A stretch of 64,000 bases of DNA from positions 11,319 to 75,318 of the forward strand of contig NZ_DXUU01000004.1 of NCBI RefSeq assembly GCF_019417665.1, read 5' to 3'. The notes under the pieces are model-generated. The model did no database searches and was not told the origin of the DNA. It saw only the letters and a program-made list of their open reading frames with translations. Shown piece after piece: positions 1 through 8,765 of the stretch. The stretch comes from Ruminococcus sp. (lineage in GTDB: Bacteria; Bacillota; Clostridia; Oscillospirales; Ruminococcaceae). Position 1 is the first letter of the stretch, and every line of letters starts with the position of its first letter. A program made the translations under genes and the position numbers.

Positions 1-42
1 CCGGCGGTAGCCGGGTGGAGGTTATCCGATAGACATCACTAT

Positions 43-58
43 CTTACAAAAATGTAAG
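43..58 (+). promoter_or_regulatory. Candidate BceR-type response-regulator box upstream of the bceAB-like operon
   Basis: Perfect inverted repeat CTTACA-aaaa-TGTAAG at 43-58, plus an extra TGTAAG half-site at 74-79. It lies about 55-70 nt upstream of an extended -10 (tggTATACT, 110-118). Same architecture as the TNACA-N4-TGTAA sites described for BceR-like regulators. Confidence 0.5.
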
Positions 59-241
59 ATTCACCACGGGAAATGTAAGCCAAATCGATGGCGGCACATT
101 TCCCGTTTGTGGTATACTGAAGTTGTTAAAGCAATTCGGAATCGGGAGCTAGAAATGAAGAATTGCGGTTTCTGCTTTGTTACAGATTCCTCTTATCATT
201 TTTCATTTCGAACTTCTCGTTCCAAAAAGGAGGTCATTGCA

Positions 242-1006
242 ATGGCAATGTTAGAGGTATCCCATATCAAAAAAATCTATACCACCCGCTTCGGCGGCAA
301 TCAGGTGGAGGCACTCCGGGATGTGTCCTTTGTGGTGGAACAGGGGGAATATACCGCCATCATGGGGGAATCCGGTTCTGGAAAGACCACGCTGCTGAAT
401 ATTCTGGCGGCACTGGATCGTCCCACCAGCGGCAGCGTTCAGTTGGATGGAAAGGATCTCACCCAGATCCGGGAATCCCAGATCGCCGCATTTCGCAGGG
501 ACAATCTGGGTTTTGTCTTTCAGGATTTCAACCTATTGGACACTTTTTCTCTGGAGGACAATGTCTACCTGCCCTTGGTGCTCATTGGCAGACCCTATGC
601 GGAAATGCAGCAGCGGCTGGCACCCATTGCCCAGCAGCTTGGCATTACAGAACTATTGAAAAAATATCCTTATGAGGTTTCCGGCGGTCAGAAACAGCGT
701 GCTGCTGTGGCACGTGCTTTGATCACCAATCCCAGACTGATCCTGGCGGACGAACCCACGGGTGCACTGGATTCTCGTTCTACCGACGAGCTGTTGTCTC
801 TGTTCTCTGCCATCAACCAGTCAGGACAGACTATCGTCATGGTGACCCATTCCGTGAAAGCTGCAAGTCACGCCGGACGGGTTATGTTCATCAAGGATGG
901 TCAGGTGTTCCATCAACTGTACCGGGGCAATGATACCAACGAACAGTTCTATCAGAGAATTTCTGCCTCTCTTGCACTTCTGACCACGGGAGGCGAGAAC
1001 GCATGA
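242..1006 (+). CDS. ABC transporter ATP-binding protein, BceA/MacB-type (peptide-antibiotic sensing/resistance)
   Basis: Walker A GESGSGKTT, signature VSGGQKQR, Walker B LILADEPTGALD. ATG at 242 follows AGGAGG. The track ORF from 107 is an upstream extension. 4-nt overlap with the permease gene. Confidence 0.9.
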   Translation: MAMLEVSHIKKIYTTRFGGNQVEALRDVSFVVEQGEYTAIMGESGSGKTTLLNILAALDRPTSGSVQLDGKDLTQIRESQIAAFRRDNLGFVFQDFNLLDTFSLEDNVYLPLVLIGRPYAEMQQRLAPIAQQLGITELLKKYPYEVSGGQKQRAAVARALITNPRLILADEPTGALDSRSTDELLSLFSAINQSGQTIVMVTHSVKAASHAGRVMFIKDGQVFHQLYRGNDTNEQFYQRISASLALLTTGGENA

Positions 1007-3012
1007 AAATGAATTTGTACCCAAAGCTTGCTTGGCACGGCATTGTCAAGAATAAAAAGACCTATCTTCCTTTTCTATTGACCAGCGTTGGCATTGTCAT
1101 GATGTACTATATTGTCGCCTATCTGACCTACAGCAAATCCGTTTATGAAATGCGCGGTGGTCGGAACTTGCAGATGATTTTGTCCTGGGGCATGGCGGTG
1201 ACGGCAATTTTTGCAGTGATCTTCCTGTTCTACATGAATTCTTTCCTCATGCGCCGCCGCAAAACTGAGTTCGGACTGTACAACATCCTGGGTATGGGAA
1301 AGTGGAACATTGCCCGAATCCTGCTATGGCAGAACCTCATACTCTTTGTGGTCTCTCTGGTGGGCGGTCTGGGATTGGGTATCCTCTTATCCAAACTGGC
1401 AGAGCTTTGTGCCACACGAATGTTGGACAATGAAGCGGTTCTGGCATTTTCCATTGAACCTACGGCGGTACGCAATACGCTGCTGCTGACGTTGATTTGT
1501 TTTGCTCTGATCCTGCTGTATTCTCTGGGACAGATTCATGTGGCAAAGCCGGTGGAGCTGCTCCGGGGCGAAAAGGTTGGCGAAAAGCCCCCGAAAGCCC
1601 GGTGGATTCTAGCAGCGATCGGCGTGATCCTGTTGGGCATCGCCTATTATCTGGCAGTGACCACGGAAGAACCTATAGCATCGCTGAGTGTCTTTTTCAT
1701 TGCCATTGTGATGGTCATCATTGCTTCTTATTTGCTGTTCATCTGCGGTTCTGTGGCACTGTGCAAAATTCTGCAAAAGAACAAACGGTATTATTATAAG
1801 ACTAGTCACTTTGTTTCCGTTTCCTCTATGGCGTACCGCATGAAGCGCAACGGCGCAAGTCTCGCTTCCATCTGCATTCTGTCTACGGCGGTGCTGGTCA
1901 TGATTTCCTCCTCCCTGTGCCTGCGCATCGGTGAAGAAGATATTCTGCTCAGCCGATATCCCAGAGATTTGGAGATGAATAGCTACTCTGCGGATGCAGA
2001 ATATATCTCGTCCATAGACAATGCCACTGCAGAAGTTATGCATACTTATGACATAACACCGGAAAATGAAATACGCTATCAGGCGTTAAGCATCAGCGGT
2101 TTGCAGTATGGAGACAAACTCTCTATGAATCTTAGTGACAGTGGTGTTTATATTGATTATGACAATGTGATTGCTGTCGCAATTTTTACATTGGATGAAT
2201 ATGAAGCACTTTCGGGAAGAACGGAAACTTTGGCAGAGGGGGAAGTGTTGGCGTACATGTTCCGAGGTGAATATGATTATGATACCATCCAGCTAGGTGA
2301 ACTTGCCCCTTTTCATATTAAGAAACAGGTGGACAATTTTATTGATCTTGGAAACAGCGTGGCCTCTGTCGTTTCCACGATGTATCTTGTAGTGCCGGAT
2401 ACAGATACAATGCAGGAGATTTATAATTACCAGAAGCAGGTATACGGCGACAATGCCTCTGAGATGGAAACCTACTATGGCTTTGACCTGGACTGCGATG
2501 AGGAAACCCAGATTGCCATTCTGGATGATATTGACAGCAGCATACAGGCGCTGCAATTGCAGGACGAAGCCTTTCCCAGAGTGGACACCGCCTGCCGTGC
2601 GAAACAGCGTTCCAATTTCTATTCTCTGTACGGCGGTCTGCTGTTTCTGGGAATCCTGTTGAGTATTGTCTTTTTGTTCGGCACGGTGCTGATCATGTAC
2701 TACAAGCAGATCTCCGAGGGCTATGAGGACGCATCCCGGTTTGAGATCATGCAGAAAGTGGGCATGACGCAGAAAGAGATCCGGAAGAGTATTAACTCCC
2801 AGGTATTGACCGTCTTTGCTGCACCGCTTTTGGCGGCAGGGGTACACACGGGCTTTGCTTTTCCGCTCATACGCCGGCTGTTGATATTGTTCGGGATGAC
2901 CAATACGCCGCTATTGGTAGGTGTCACAGTGGGCAGTTTTCTGGTATTTGCGTTGCTGTATGTGCTCATGTACAAACTGACCTCTCGGAGCTATTATCAG
3001 CTGGTGAAATAA
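1003..3012 (+). CDS. BceB-type FtsX-family ABC permease (about 10 TM segments with a large extracellular domain)
   Basis: 669 aa with hydrophobic N- and C-terminal blocks flanking a roughly 200-aa soluble region. Translationally coupled to the BceA-like ATPase. Confidence 0.85.
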   Translation: MKMNLYPKLAWHGIVKNKKTYLPFLLTSVGIVMMYYIVAYLTYSKSVYEMRGGRNLQMILSWGMAVTAIFAVIFLFYMNSFLMRRRKTEFGLYNILGMGKWNIARILLWQNLILFVVSLVGGLGLGILLSKLAELCATRMLDNEAVLAFSIEPTAVRNTLLLTLICFALILLYSLGQIHVAKPVELLRGEKVGEKPPKARWILAAIGVILLGIAYYLAVTTEEPIASLSVFFIAIVMVIIASYLLFICGSVALCKILQKNKRYYYKTSHFVSVSSMAYRMKRNGASLASICILSTAVLVMISSSLCLRIGEEDILLSRYPRDLEMNSYSADAEYISSIDNATAEVMHTYDITPENEIRYQALSISGLQYGDKLSMNLSDSGVYIDYDNVIAVAIFTLDEYEALSGRTETLAEGEVLAYMFRGEYDYDTIQLGELAPFHIKKQVDNFIDLGNSVASVVSTMYLVVPDTDTMQEIYNYQKQVYGDNASEMETYYGFDLDCDEETQIAILDDIDSSIQALQLQDEAFPRVDTACRAKQRSNFYSLYGGLLFLGILLSIVFLFGTVLIMYYKQISEGYEDASRFEIMQKVGMTQKEIRKSINSQVLTVFAAPLLAAGVHTGFAFPLIRRLLILFGMTNTPLLVGVTVGSFLVFALLYVLMYKLTSRSYYQLVK

Positions 3013-3162
3013 ATGGAGCGACTCATGCGTATGATAACCATGATAATTGGTTTTTCCCTGTTGGCAGTTGTGGCAGTTCCGCTGGGTGTGCTGCTGATTC
3101 TGGCGGCAGGCATCTGGAACGGCATGGATTGGATGCTGCAAAAGCTGACGAAAGAAAGGTGA
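3013..3162 (+). CDS. Possible 49-aa single-pass membrane peptide (below the ORF-track cutoff)
   Basis: ATG at 3013 directly after the bceB-like stop, with GGTGA 5 nt upstream. Translation MERLMRMITMIIGFSLLAVVAVPLGVLLILAAGIWNGMDWMLQKLTKER has one TM helix. Stop at 3160-3162. Confidence 0.3.
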   Translation: MERLMRMITMIIGFSLLAVVAVPLGVLLILAAGIWNGMDWMLQKLTKER

Positions 3163-3168
3163 GGGAAT

Positions 3169-3633
3169 ATGCGGTTACGAATCCTCTGGCTGCCGTTGTG
3201 CTGTATACTGCTGTGTAGTACGGGATGCAGCGGGAAAGATGCCATTTTGCATGGTTATGAAAAAGTCGTTTCTACCATGGGCGCACTGACACGCACCAAA
3301 AAATCGGACTTGATTGGAAACCGTACAGACGGCAAAGATGACTATACTGGTGCCTATGCCGCTGCTTGTAAAGCTGCACGAGGAAAAGATGTTGTATTCG
3401 GCGGCTGTGATTTACAAACACGTCAATTGAATATCACCGGTTCTGTATCTTGTCAGGCAGGAATCATACAGATTATGATAAAAAATGGAAGTGAAGAAAT
3501 CTATGTCACCCCTGATGCAAAGGGAAATATTGCAGAAGAAATCACCGGAACAGGTGGTGACTGGTATCTGATCGTGGACTATGCAGACTTTACTGGAACA
3601 GTTTCTCTTTGCAGTTCCTATATAGCGTCATAA
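3169..3633 (+). CDS. Putative lipoprotein, unknown function
   Basis: Signal peptide ending LLCSTGC|SGK (relaxed lipobox). RBS AAGGTGAGGG precedes the ATG. Confidence 0.6.
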   Translation: MRLRILWLPLCCILLCSTGCSGKDAILHGYEKVVSTMGALTRTKKSDLIGNRTDGKDDYTGAYAAACKAARGKDVVFGGCDLQTRQLNITGSVSCQAGIIQIMIKNGSEEIYVTPDAKGNIAEEITGTGGDWYLIVDYADFTGTVSLCSSYIAS

Positions 3634-3635
3634 AA

Positions 3636-3680
3636 AACAAACCGGACAGTGCGGAAAAATCTCCGTCTGTCCGGTTTTTG
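3636..3680. terminator. Bidirectional rho-independent terminator
   Basis: Stem accggacag(3641-3649)/ctgtccggt(3667-3675) flanked by an A-run and a T-run, between convergent genes. Confidence 0.75.
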
Positions 3681-3698
3681 ATATTATGGTAAAACCAT

Positions 3699-4763
3699 TT
3701 AGAATATGCTGTTCCAATCCGGCGCTTTCCCCACAGAAGCGGCCGCATAATAGCAGAGAATGCCATACGCATCGTCACCGTTTATCATGCCGTCGCCGTT
3801 CACATCCCCGGCGCAGAACGCAGCCGCTTCGGCAAATTCGTCAGCATCGGGTGCGGTGAGCTTTGCATCCGCTTTGCCCACGGACTGCTCTGCGTAGTAG
3901 GCAAGAACACGGTAGGCATCATCTGCATTGACAGCACCGTCACTGTCGATATCGCCGTAGGCGTCCGGGTCGGCAATGCGGGTGAGGGTGTAGGTGGTGG
4001 GGGTTGTCTCAGATGCATCACGCACAATGCATTGCGGTATTGCACAGTGCACCTTTTCCACCTGCTGTAAATCCTTGATCGTTTCAAAATACACTTTTGC
4101 TTGTTCCGCAGTTTCGCTCAATGAACCAGAAAAGCCGTTATTCACCTGAACTTCATATACGGATTGAGTATCGTTTGCTGTCTCCATTGCATCTCCCACA
4201 GAAACCACTTCTGGAATCTGAGAAAAATCCTCCAGCGTCAGCTGTACGCCAGAATCCGTATAGACAGCAAAGCCGCCCAAACCAAAGCTTGTTGTCTGAG
4301 AAACAACGCTGTTCATCTGGTATACATGCAAAACGCCGTCTGTTTCATACAATTTCTGTGGGTCAGCCACATCAGCCAGCACAACTGTATGTTCATCAAA
4401 TTCCGAAAAGTCGAATGTCTGTTCTTCCCAAGGATGTATCTTAGTGACATCAAAACCGTCCTGCCCTGCCGTTTCCAATGCAACGACATTCCAATCTTCC
4501 GGCGCAGACGTACCTTCTTCTAATGTAACAGCATAATAATCTGTTGTGCGCTCTTTCCAATAGAAGCAGTTATTGTCAGCGCTGATCGTCAGATAGTCAT
4601 AATCAATATCGCCTATCTGAAACGTGATCGTATCCTCTGATGCTTTCGTGATCTCTGCCCTGTCTCCATAAGCCGCAGAAACAGGCAAAGCCGAACCGAA
4701 GATGCAACAGAATGAAATCGCTGCGGCGAGTGTACTTGTAAAATACTTTCTTCCATTTTTCAT
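3699..4763 (-). CDS. Secreted dockerin-containing protein, unknown N-terminal domain
   Basis: Signal peptide ...ALPVSA|AYG. C-terminal duplicated Ca-binding segments GDIDSDGAVNADDAYRVLAYY and GDVNGDGMINGDDAYGILCYY. ATG at 4763 follows AAGGTG (the track start at 4772 is GTG). Confidence 0.8.
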   Translation of the reverse strand: MKNGRKYFTSTLAAAISFCCIFGSALPVSAAYGDRAEITKASEDTITFQIGDIDYDYLTISADNNCFYWKERTTDYYAVTLEEGTSAPEDWNVVALETAGQDGFDVTKIHPWEEQTFDFSEFDEHTVVLADVADPQKLYETDGVLHVYQMNSVVSQTTSFGLGGFAVYTDSGVQLTLEDFSQIPEVVSVGDAMETANDTQSVYEVQVNNGFSGSLSETAEQAKVYFETIKDLQQVEKVHCAIPQCIVRDASETTPTTYTLTRIADPDAYGDIDSDGAVNADDAYRVLAYYAEQSVGKADAKLTAPDADEFAEAAAFCAGDVNGDGMINGDDAYGILCYYAAASVGKAPDWNSIF

Positions 4764-4788
4764 AAATATCACCTTTGTCCTTTCTTAC

Positions 4789-5685
4789 TTACCAATCGTA
4801 TACACCAAGATAATCATTATTGTAGTAGAATTTCAACAAATCAGACGTCACTCTTGTTCCATAAAATCTTCCTAAAGGTTCATAAATACTTGTAAAAACA
4901 CCAATCGCAGTTTTATACTCTTTCCCTAGACATGTAGTAGTTACATAAATTGGTCCACCGCTGTCACCACCACTGCCATAAGCGTTACAAAGTATCATAT
5001 ATGGGAACCAACGGACAAGGTCACTGACATTTCTTAAATCTTGAATTTGACCATCAGCATAATAACGTATTTGGCAATGAGCATTTGGATTAGATGCTGT
5101 ATTATCTGGGAATCCACTAATCGTAACAGTTGAATTACTACTCATGAAATTATCCGTTGGAACTGCCAATGGGATTACACCGTATTGTGATAGATCTTCT
5201 TCTACATAAAGTAACGCATAATCGTATTCGCCCGAATCATATCCATCCTCATCAAATATATACTGATTAGGAACATGCACTTCTTTCGGTGTAATTGTTT
5301 TTAAAACAGCAGTGCAGTTTTCATTATATATTTTAATCCGCATAGACGAAATAAAACCATGATTATACACACAATGTGCCGCAGTTGCAATAGTATGATC
5401 ATCCACAATAAAACCGCTTCCGCCCACGTCCATTAACTGCACTACTGCTACATTTTCATGATCTGGAACACGATCATCCACAGTGCCAGACCTAGAAGAT
5501 ACAGTTGAAACAATATCTTCTCCATACAGTGTATACGTATCACTTTCTCCTGTTGCATAGACATAATATTGATATGATCTACCATACTCCATCGCATTTA
5601 CAGTATAAATTTTACCAGCCAAGCCCAATGAAATCGCAATAGTACAAAGCACCGCAGTTGCAAAAGCAATCAATTTTGTTCTCAT
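4789..5685 (-). CDS. Secreted trypsin-like (S1 family) serine protease without a dockerin
   Basis: Signal peptide. Catalytic His in TAAHCV, Asp in DYALL, Ser in GDSGGP. Strong RBS AGGAGGG. AT-rich coding sequence. Confidence 0.85.
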   Translation of the reverse strand: MRTKLIAFATAVLCTIAISLGLAGKIYTVNAMEYGRSYQYYVYATGESDTYTLYGEDIVSTVSSRSGTVDDRVPDHENVAVVQLMDVGGSGFIVDDHTIATAAHCVYNHGFISSMRIKIYNENCTAVLKTITPKEVHVPNQYIFDEDGYDSGEYDYALLYVEEDLSQYGVIPLAVPTDNFMSSNSTVTISGFPDNTASNPNAHCQIRYYADGQIQDLRNVSDLVRWFPYMILCNAYGSGGDSGGPIYVTTTCLGKEYKTAIGVFTSIYEPLGRFYGTRVTSDLLKFYYNNDYLGVYDW

Positions 5686-5704
5686 ATGATATCCCTCCTA
5701 TCTT

Positions 5705-5998
5705 TTAATACGGTAAAGTGTTAATCGTACCGGTCAGAAACGCCAGCAAGACCTTGCTATCTACCACATCAATTACATAATTCGCATTCGTGTCTGCATT
5801 AGTCAGATTTGATAGTTCGCACATACCGTTTAAATAACGGTTCAATGCAACGTTGTCTGACAAGTTCACACTGCCGTCACAGTTAACATCGCCAATCAAA
5901 TTTACAGCAGATACGGACATTGTGGGCATTGCACCAAGAATCGTACCAAGCAATGCAGCACTTGTGCAGACGGATAAAAGTCTTTTTTTGAATTTCAT
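5705..5998 (-). CDS. Stand-alone dockerin protein (signal peptide plus a single dockerin module)
   Basis: 97 aa. Signal peptide ...MSVSA|VN, then GDVNCDGSVNLSD...ADTNANYVIDVVD (two F-hand-like repeats) and nothing else. RBS GGAGGG. Confidence 0.75.
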   Translation of the reverse strand: MKFKKRLLSVCTSAALLGTILGAMPTMSVSAVNLIGDVNCDGSVNLSDNVALNRYLNGMCELSNLTNADTNANYVIDVVDSKVLLAFLTGTINTLPY

Positions 5999-6074
5999 TT
6001 AAATTCCCTCCGATCTTTGTGAATAAGAATGTTTTCGTATACAAGTCATTCGCCGGCATTGACTTTCTGTTTAC

Positions 6075-6103
6075 ATTATATCATTTTACATTTTGTTTGT
6101 CAA
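6075..6103 (-). promoter_or_regulatory. Consensus sigma-A promoter for the dockerin/protease operon
   Basis: Minus strand reads TTGACA (6098-6103), a 17-nt spacer, then TATAAT (6075-6080). Confidence 0.6.
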
Positions 6104-6143
6104 CACTCAACATTAAAATTCGTCAATATGCACAAAAATCATC

Positions 6144-7136
6144 CTATTCCATTTCCATCCGTTCCCGATGCAGATCCAGCCGCACCACAGTTCCCACGTC
6201 CACCTGGGAAGAAATTGTAATGGTATGGTTCAGATTGCGGCAGATTCGGCGGCATAGGTACAGACCTATGCCGCTGGCTTTTTTATCGGTGCGTCCGTTA
6301 TAGCCCGTGTATCCTTTTTCGAAGATCCGGGGCAGATCTGCCGGCTCAATACCAATACCCGTATCCTGGATGCAGAGGATCTCGGGCTGTTCCAGAAAAA
6401 TGGTGATCGTGCCGCCGGAGGGGGTATATTTCAACCCATTGGACAGCACTTGTTCCAGCACAAACAGCAGCCATTTTTTATCTGTCAGCACACTGCAATG
6501 AAGCGGTTCATATTCCAGCCGAATCTTCCGGGTAATAAATTGGGACGAAAACCGGCGTATTGCCTGATGCACGATCTTGTCCAGGTCATATTCCGCAAAG
6601 AGATAATCTGTGGAATCTGAGTCCAACCGCAGATAGCACAGTACCATTTCCACATACTGCTCTACACGCTGGAGATCTTCCAGTAACGCCCGGCTCTGGT
6701 GTGTATCCTCCGCCTGGAGATGGAGCCGCATGGCGGCAATGGGCGTTTTGATCTGATGCACCCACGCCGTATAATATTCCATCATTTCCCCATAACGCCC
6801 CTGCCAGTCTTGTTCCAGATGCTGCCGCTTGTGGAACAGATCGTGCAGCAGGATCTGATAGTCTTCTTCCAGAGGTGTGCACGCCTCCGGCAGATGTTCT
6901 AAGGTAATGCTTAGTTCTTGCTGGATCTGTTTCAGAATATGGTGCTTCTTTCGGAAATGTATATAATCCCATATCAAAAATGCAAGACAGCCAATGCCGC
7001 TCAGAAGCGCCGCATAGCCTATTGCCATGAGGGGCAGGTGGTATAAATAAAATATCAGGCAAAAGATGCCGCAGCAGAGAAGAAATACGGCAATGTTGCC
7101 TTTTTTTGTTTTGATATAATTCCAGAATAAATACAT
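6144..7136 (-). CDS. BceS-like intramembrane-sensing histidine kinase
   Basis: 330 aa. Two N-terminal TM helices with almost no extracellular loop. H-box HQIKTPIAAM. HATPase motifs (NGLKYT, DTGIGI, GIGLYL). Confidence 0.85.
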   Translation of the reverse strand: MYLFWNYIKTKKGNIAVFLLCCGIFCLIFYLYHLPLMAIGYAALLSGIGCLAFLIWDYIHFRKKHHILKQIQQELSITLEHLPEACTPLEEDYQILLHDLFHKRQHLEQDWQGRYGEMMEYYTAWVHQIKTPIAAMRLHLQAEDTHQSRALLEDLQRVEQYVEMVLCYLRLDSDSTDYLFAEYDLDKIVHQAIRRFSSQFITRKIRLEYEPLHCSVLTDKKWLLFVLEQVLSNGLKYTPSGGTITIFLEQPEILCIQDTGIGIEPADLPRIFEKGYTGYNGRTDKKASGIGLYLCRRICRNLNHTITISSQVDVGTVVRLDLHRERMEME

Positions 7137-7192
7137 AGGGTTCTCCTGTTCAGGGGTGATTTTTGAGAAAAGCGATCATGATGCACTGCACT

Positions 7193-7864
7193 TCATTCCA
7201 CCAGATATCCCATTCTCACTTTGGTGTGGATGAAGTCATGCAGTCCCGCCTGATCCAGCTTTTTTCGCAGTCGGTTGACGTTGACTGTCAGCGTATTTTC
7301 GTTCACAAAACTGTCTGTCTCCCAGAGCCGCTGCATCAGTGCCTCCCGGCTGACTACTTTGCCCTTGTGCTCCATGAGCATCTGTAGGATCCGGTATTCG
7401 TTTTTGGTCAGGTCAATGCGCTGTCCATGATAAGTCAGCACCGCATCGGCAATGTTCAGCATTGCCTCCCGATGTTCCAGCACAGAGACCTGTCCGCCGA
7501 AATCATAGGTGCGCCGCAGAAGTGCCTGGATCTTCGCCAGGAGCACATTCCAGTCAAAGGGCTTTGCAATAAAATCATCTCCGCCCATGTGGATCGCCAT
7601 GATCAGGTTCATATTGTCCGATGCAGAGGATAAGAACACAATGGGTACTTTGGAAACCTGACGGATCTCCTGACACCAGTGATAGCCGTTATAACATGGC
7701 AGCGCAATGTCCATGAGCACCAGATGGGGCTGAAATGCGGAGAATTCCGCCAATACTTTCCGGAAATTTTCCGCCACGTGTATCTCAAAATCCCATTGTT
7801 CCAACTGATGCCGCAGTGCGTCGGCAATACTGCGGTCATCCTCTACCAGAAAAATTCGATACAT
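7193..7864 (-). CDS. OmpR-family response regulator (BceR-like)
   Basis: Receiver domain (LVEDD, LMDIALP, KP) plus a winged-helix C-terminus (LTKNEYRILQ...VRMGY). Confidence 0.9.
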   Translation of the reverse strand: MYRIFLVEDDRSIADALRHQLEQWDFEIHVAENFRKVLAEFSAFQPHLVLMDIALPCYNGYHWCQEIRQVSKVPIVFLSSASDNMNLIMAIHMGGDDFIAKPFDWNVLLAKIQALLRRTYDFGGQVSVLEHREAMLNIADAVLTYHGQRIDLTKNEYRILQMLMEHKGKVVSREALMQRLWETDSFVNENTLTVNVNRLRKKLDQAGLHDFIHTKVRMGYLVE

Positions 7865-7874
7865 ACTGTTCTCC

Positions 7875-8687
7875 TCAATCCCACCAGAAATACCACACTG
7901 TGGACTGTTCCAGCGTTTTCGCCAGTGCCGGAACAGATTCTACGCCTTGGTACACAATATCCTCGCAAAACATGAACTGTTCCTGTGCGAGCTGTATGGC
8001 CGCTTCTCCTTCTCCCACCGGCTGCGGCACGTACAATTCCAGGGTATCATGTCCGATACAGCCTGGCACTGCGCCGTATTTCTCGTACCAATGCTTGAGA
8101 ACTGCCATGGCTTCTTCTGGCATGGGACAGGCATTCCAGCCGCCGAAGGGAATCCATGCCAGAACTTCCCATGGATTTTTTGTGGGTATCTCTGCCAGGA
8201 GAACCGGTGCTTGTTTTTGCAGCATTTGCTTTAGCAGATTCATCCGCAAAGACAAAAAACGATGTGTAACCTCCATCTCTGCCGGCGCAGGTTCTGTCAG
8301 CACCTGCAATCCCTCCGGGTCATTGCTGCGCAGATCCGTTTCCCATTGTGTGAACATCTGTTCCAGCCATGCTTTACCGTCCAGCTGCGCCGGGATCTCC
8401 ATATGGCTCTGTCCCTCCGGCAGATTTTCTTCCATCATCTCCAGCAGCAGATCATCGCAGATCATCAAAACCGGCGTAAAGCCCTGTTGTTTTCCCCATT
8501 TCAGTGCCTCCTGGTATGCGTCCCACATATCTTCCAGATCAATGGGATCTTCTGCCTGGGGCAATTCCGTCACGGGACATTGCAGCAAATCACTGATCTG
8601 CTGGGCAATAGTCAGCTCCGGTGTTTCTGGTGTCGGAGACGGCTGAGGCTCTTCGTTTTTGTGAAACAGATTCTTGAAAAATGACAT
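7875..8687 (-). CDS. DUF4253-like protein
   Basis: C-terminal region FGGWNACP...HWYEKYGA...LELYV...FCEDIVYQG...WYFWWD matches my recollection of the DUF4253 signature. Only 10 nt upstream of the response-regulator gene (RBS GGAGAA), so probably co-transcribed. Confidence 0.55.
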   Translation of the reverse strand: MSFFKNLFHKNEEPQPSPTPETPELTIAQQISDLLQCPVTELPQAEDPIDLEDMWDAYQEALKWGKQQGFTPVLMICDDLLLEMMEENLPEGQSHMEIPAQLDGKAWLEQMFTQWETDLRSNDPEGLQVLTEPAPAEMEVTHRFLSLRMNLLKQMLQKQAPVLLAEIPTKNPWEVLAWIPFGGWNACPMPEEAMAVLKHWYEKYGAVPGCIGHDTLELYVPQPVGEGEAAIQLAQEQFMFCEDIVYQGVESVPALAKTLEQSTVWYFWWD

Positions 8688-8732
8688 GATAATTTTCCTT
8701 TCTGATTTATATTTCAGTCCAACATTTCATTC

Positions 8733-8765
8733 GTGAGCGCAGCGAACACCGCCATTCCTCATTGC
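8733..8765. repeat. Partial copy of dispersed repeat family A (GC hairpin part)
   Basis: gtgagcgcagcgaacaccgccattcct matches the reverse complement of 22300-22332. It overlaps the trmO stop codon. Confidence 0.6.
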
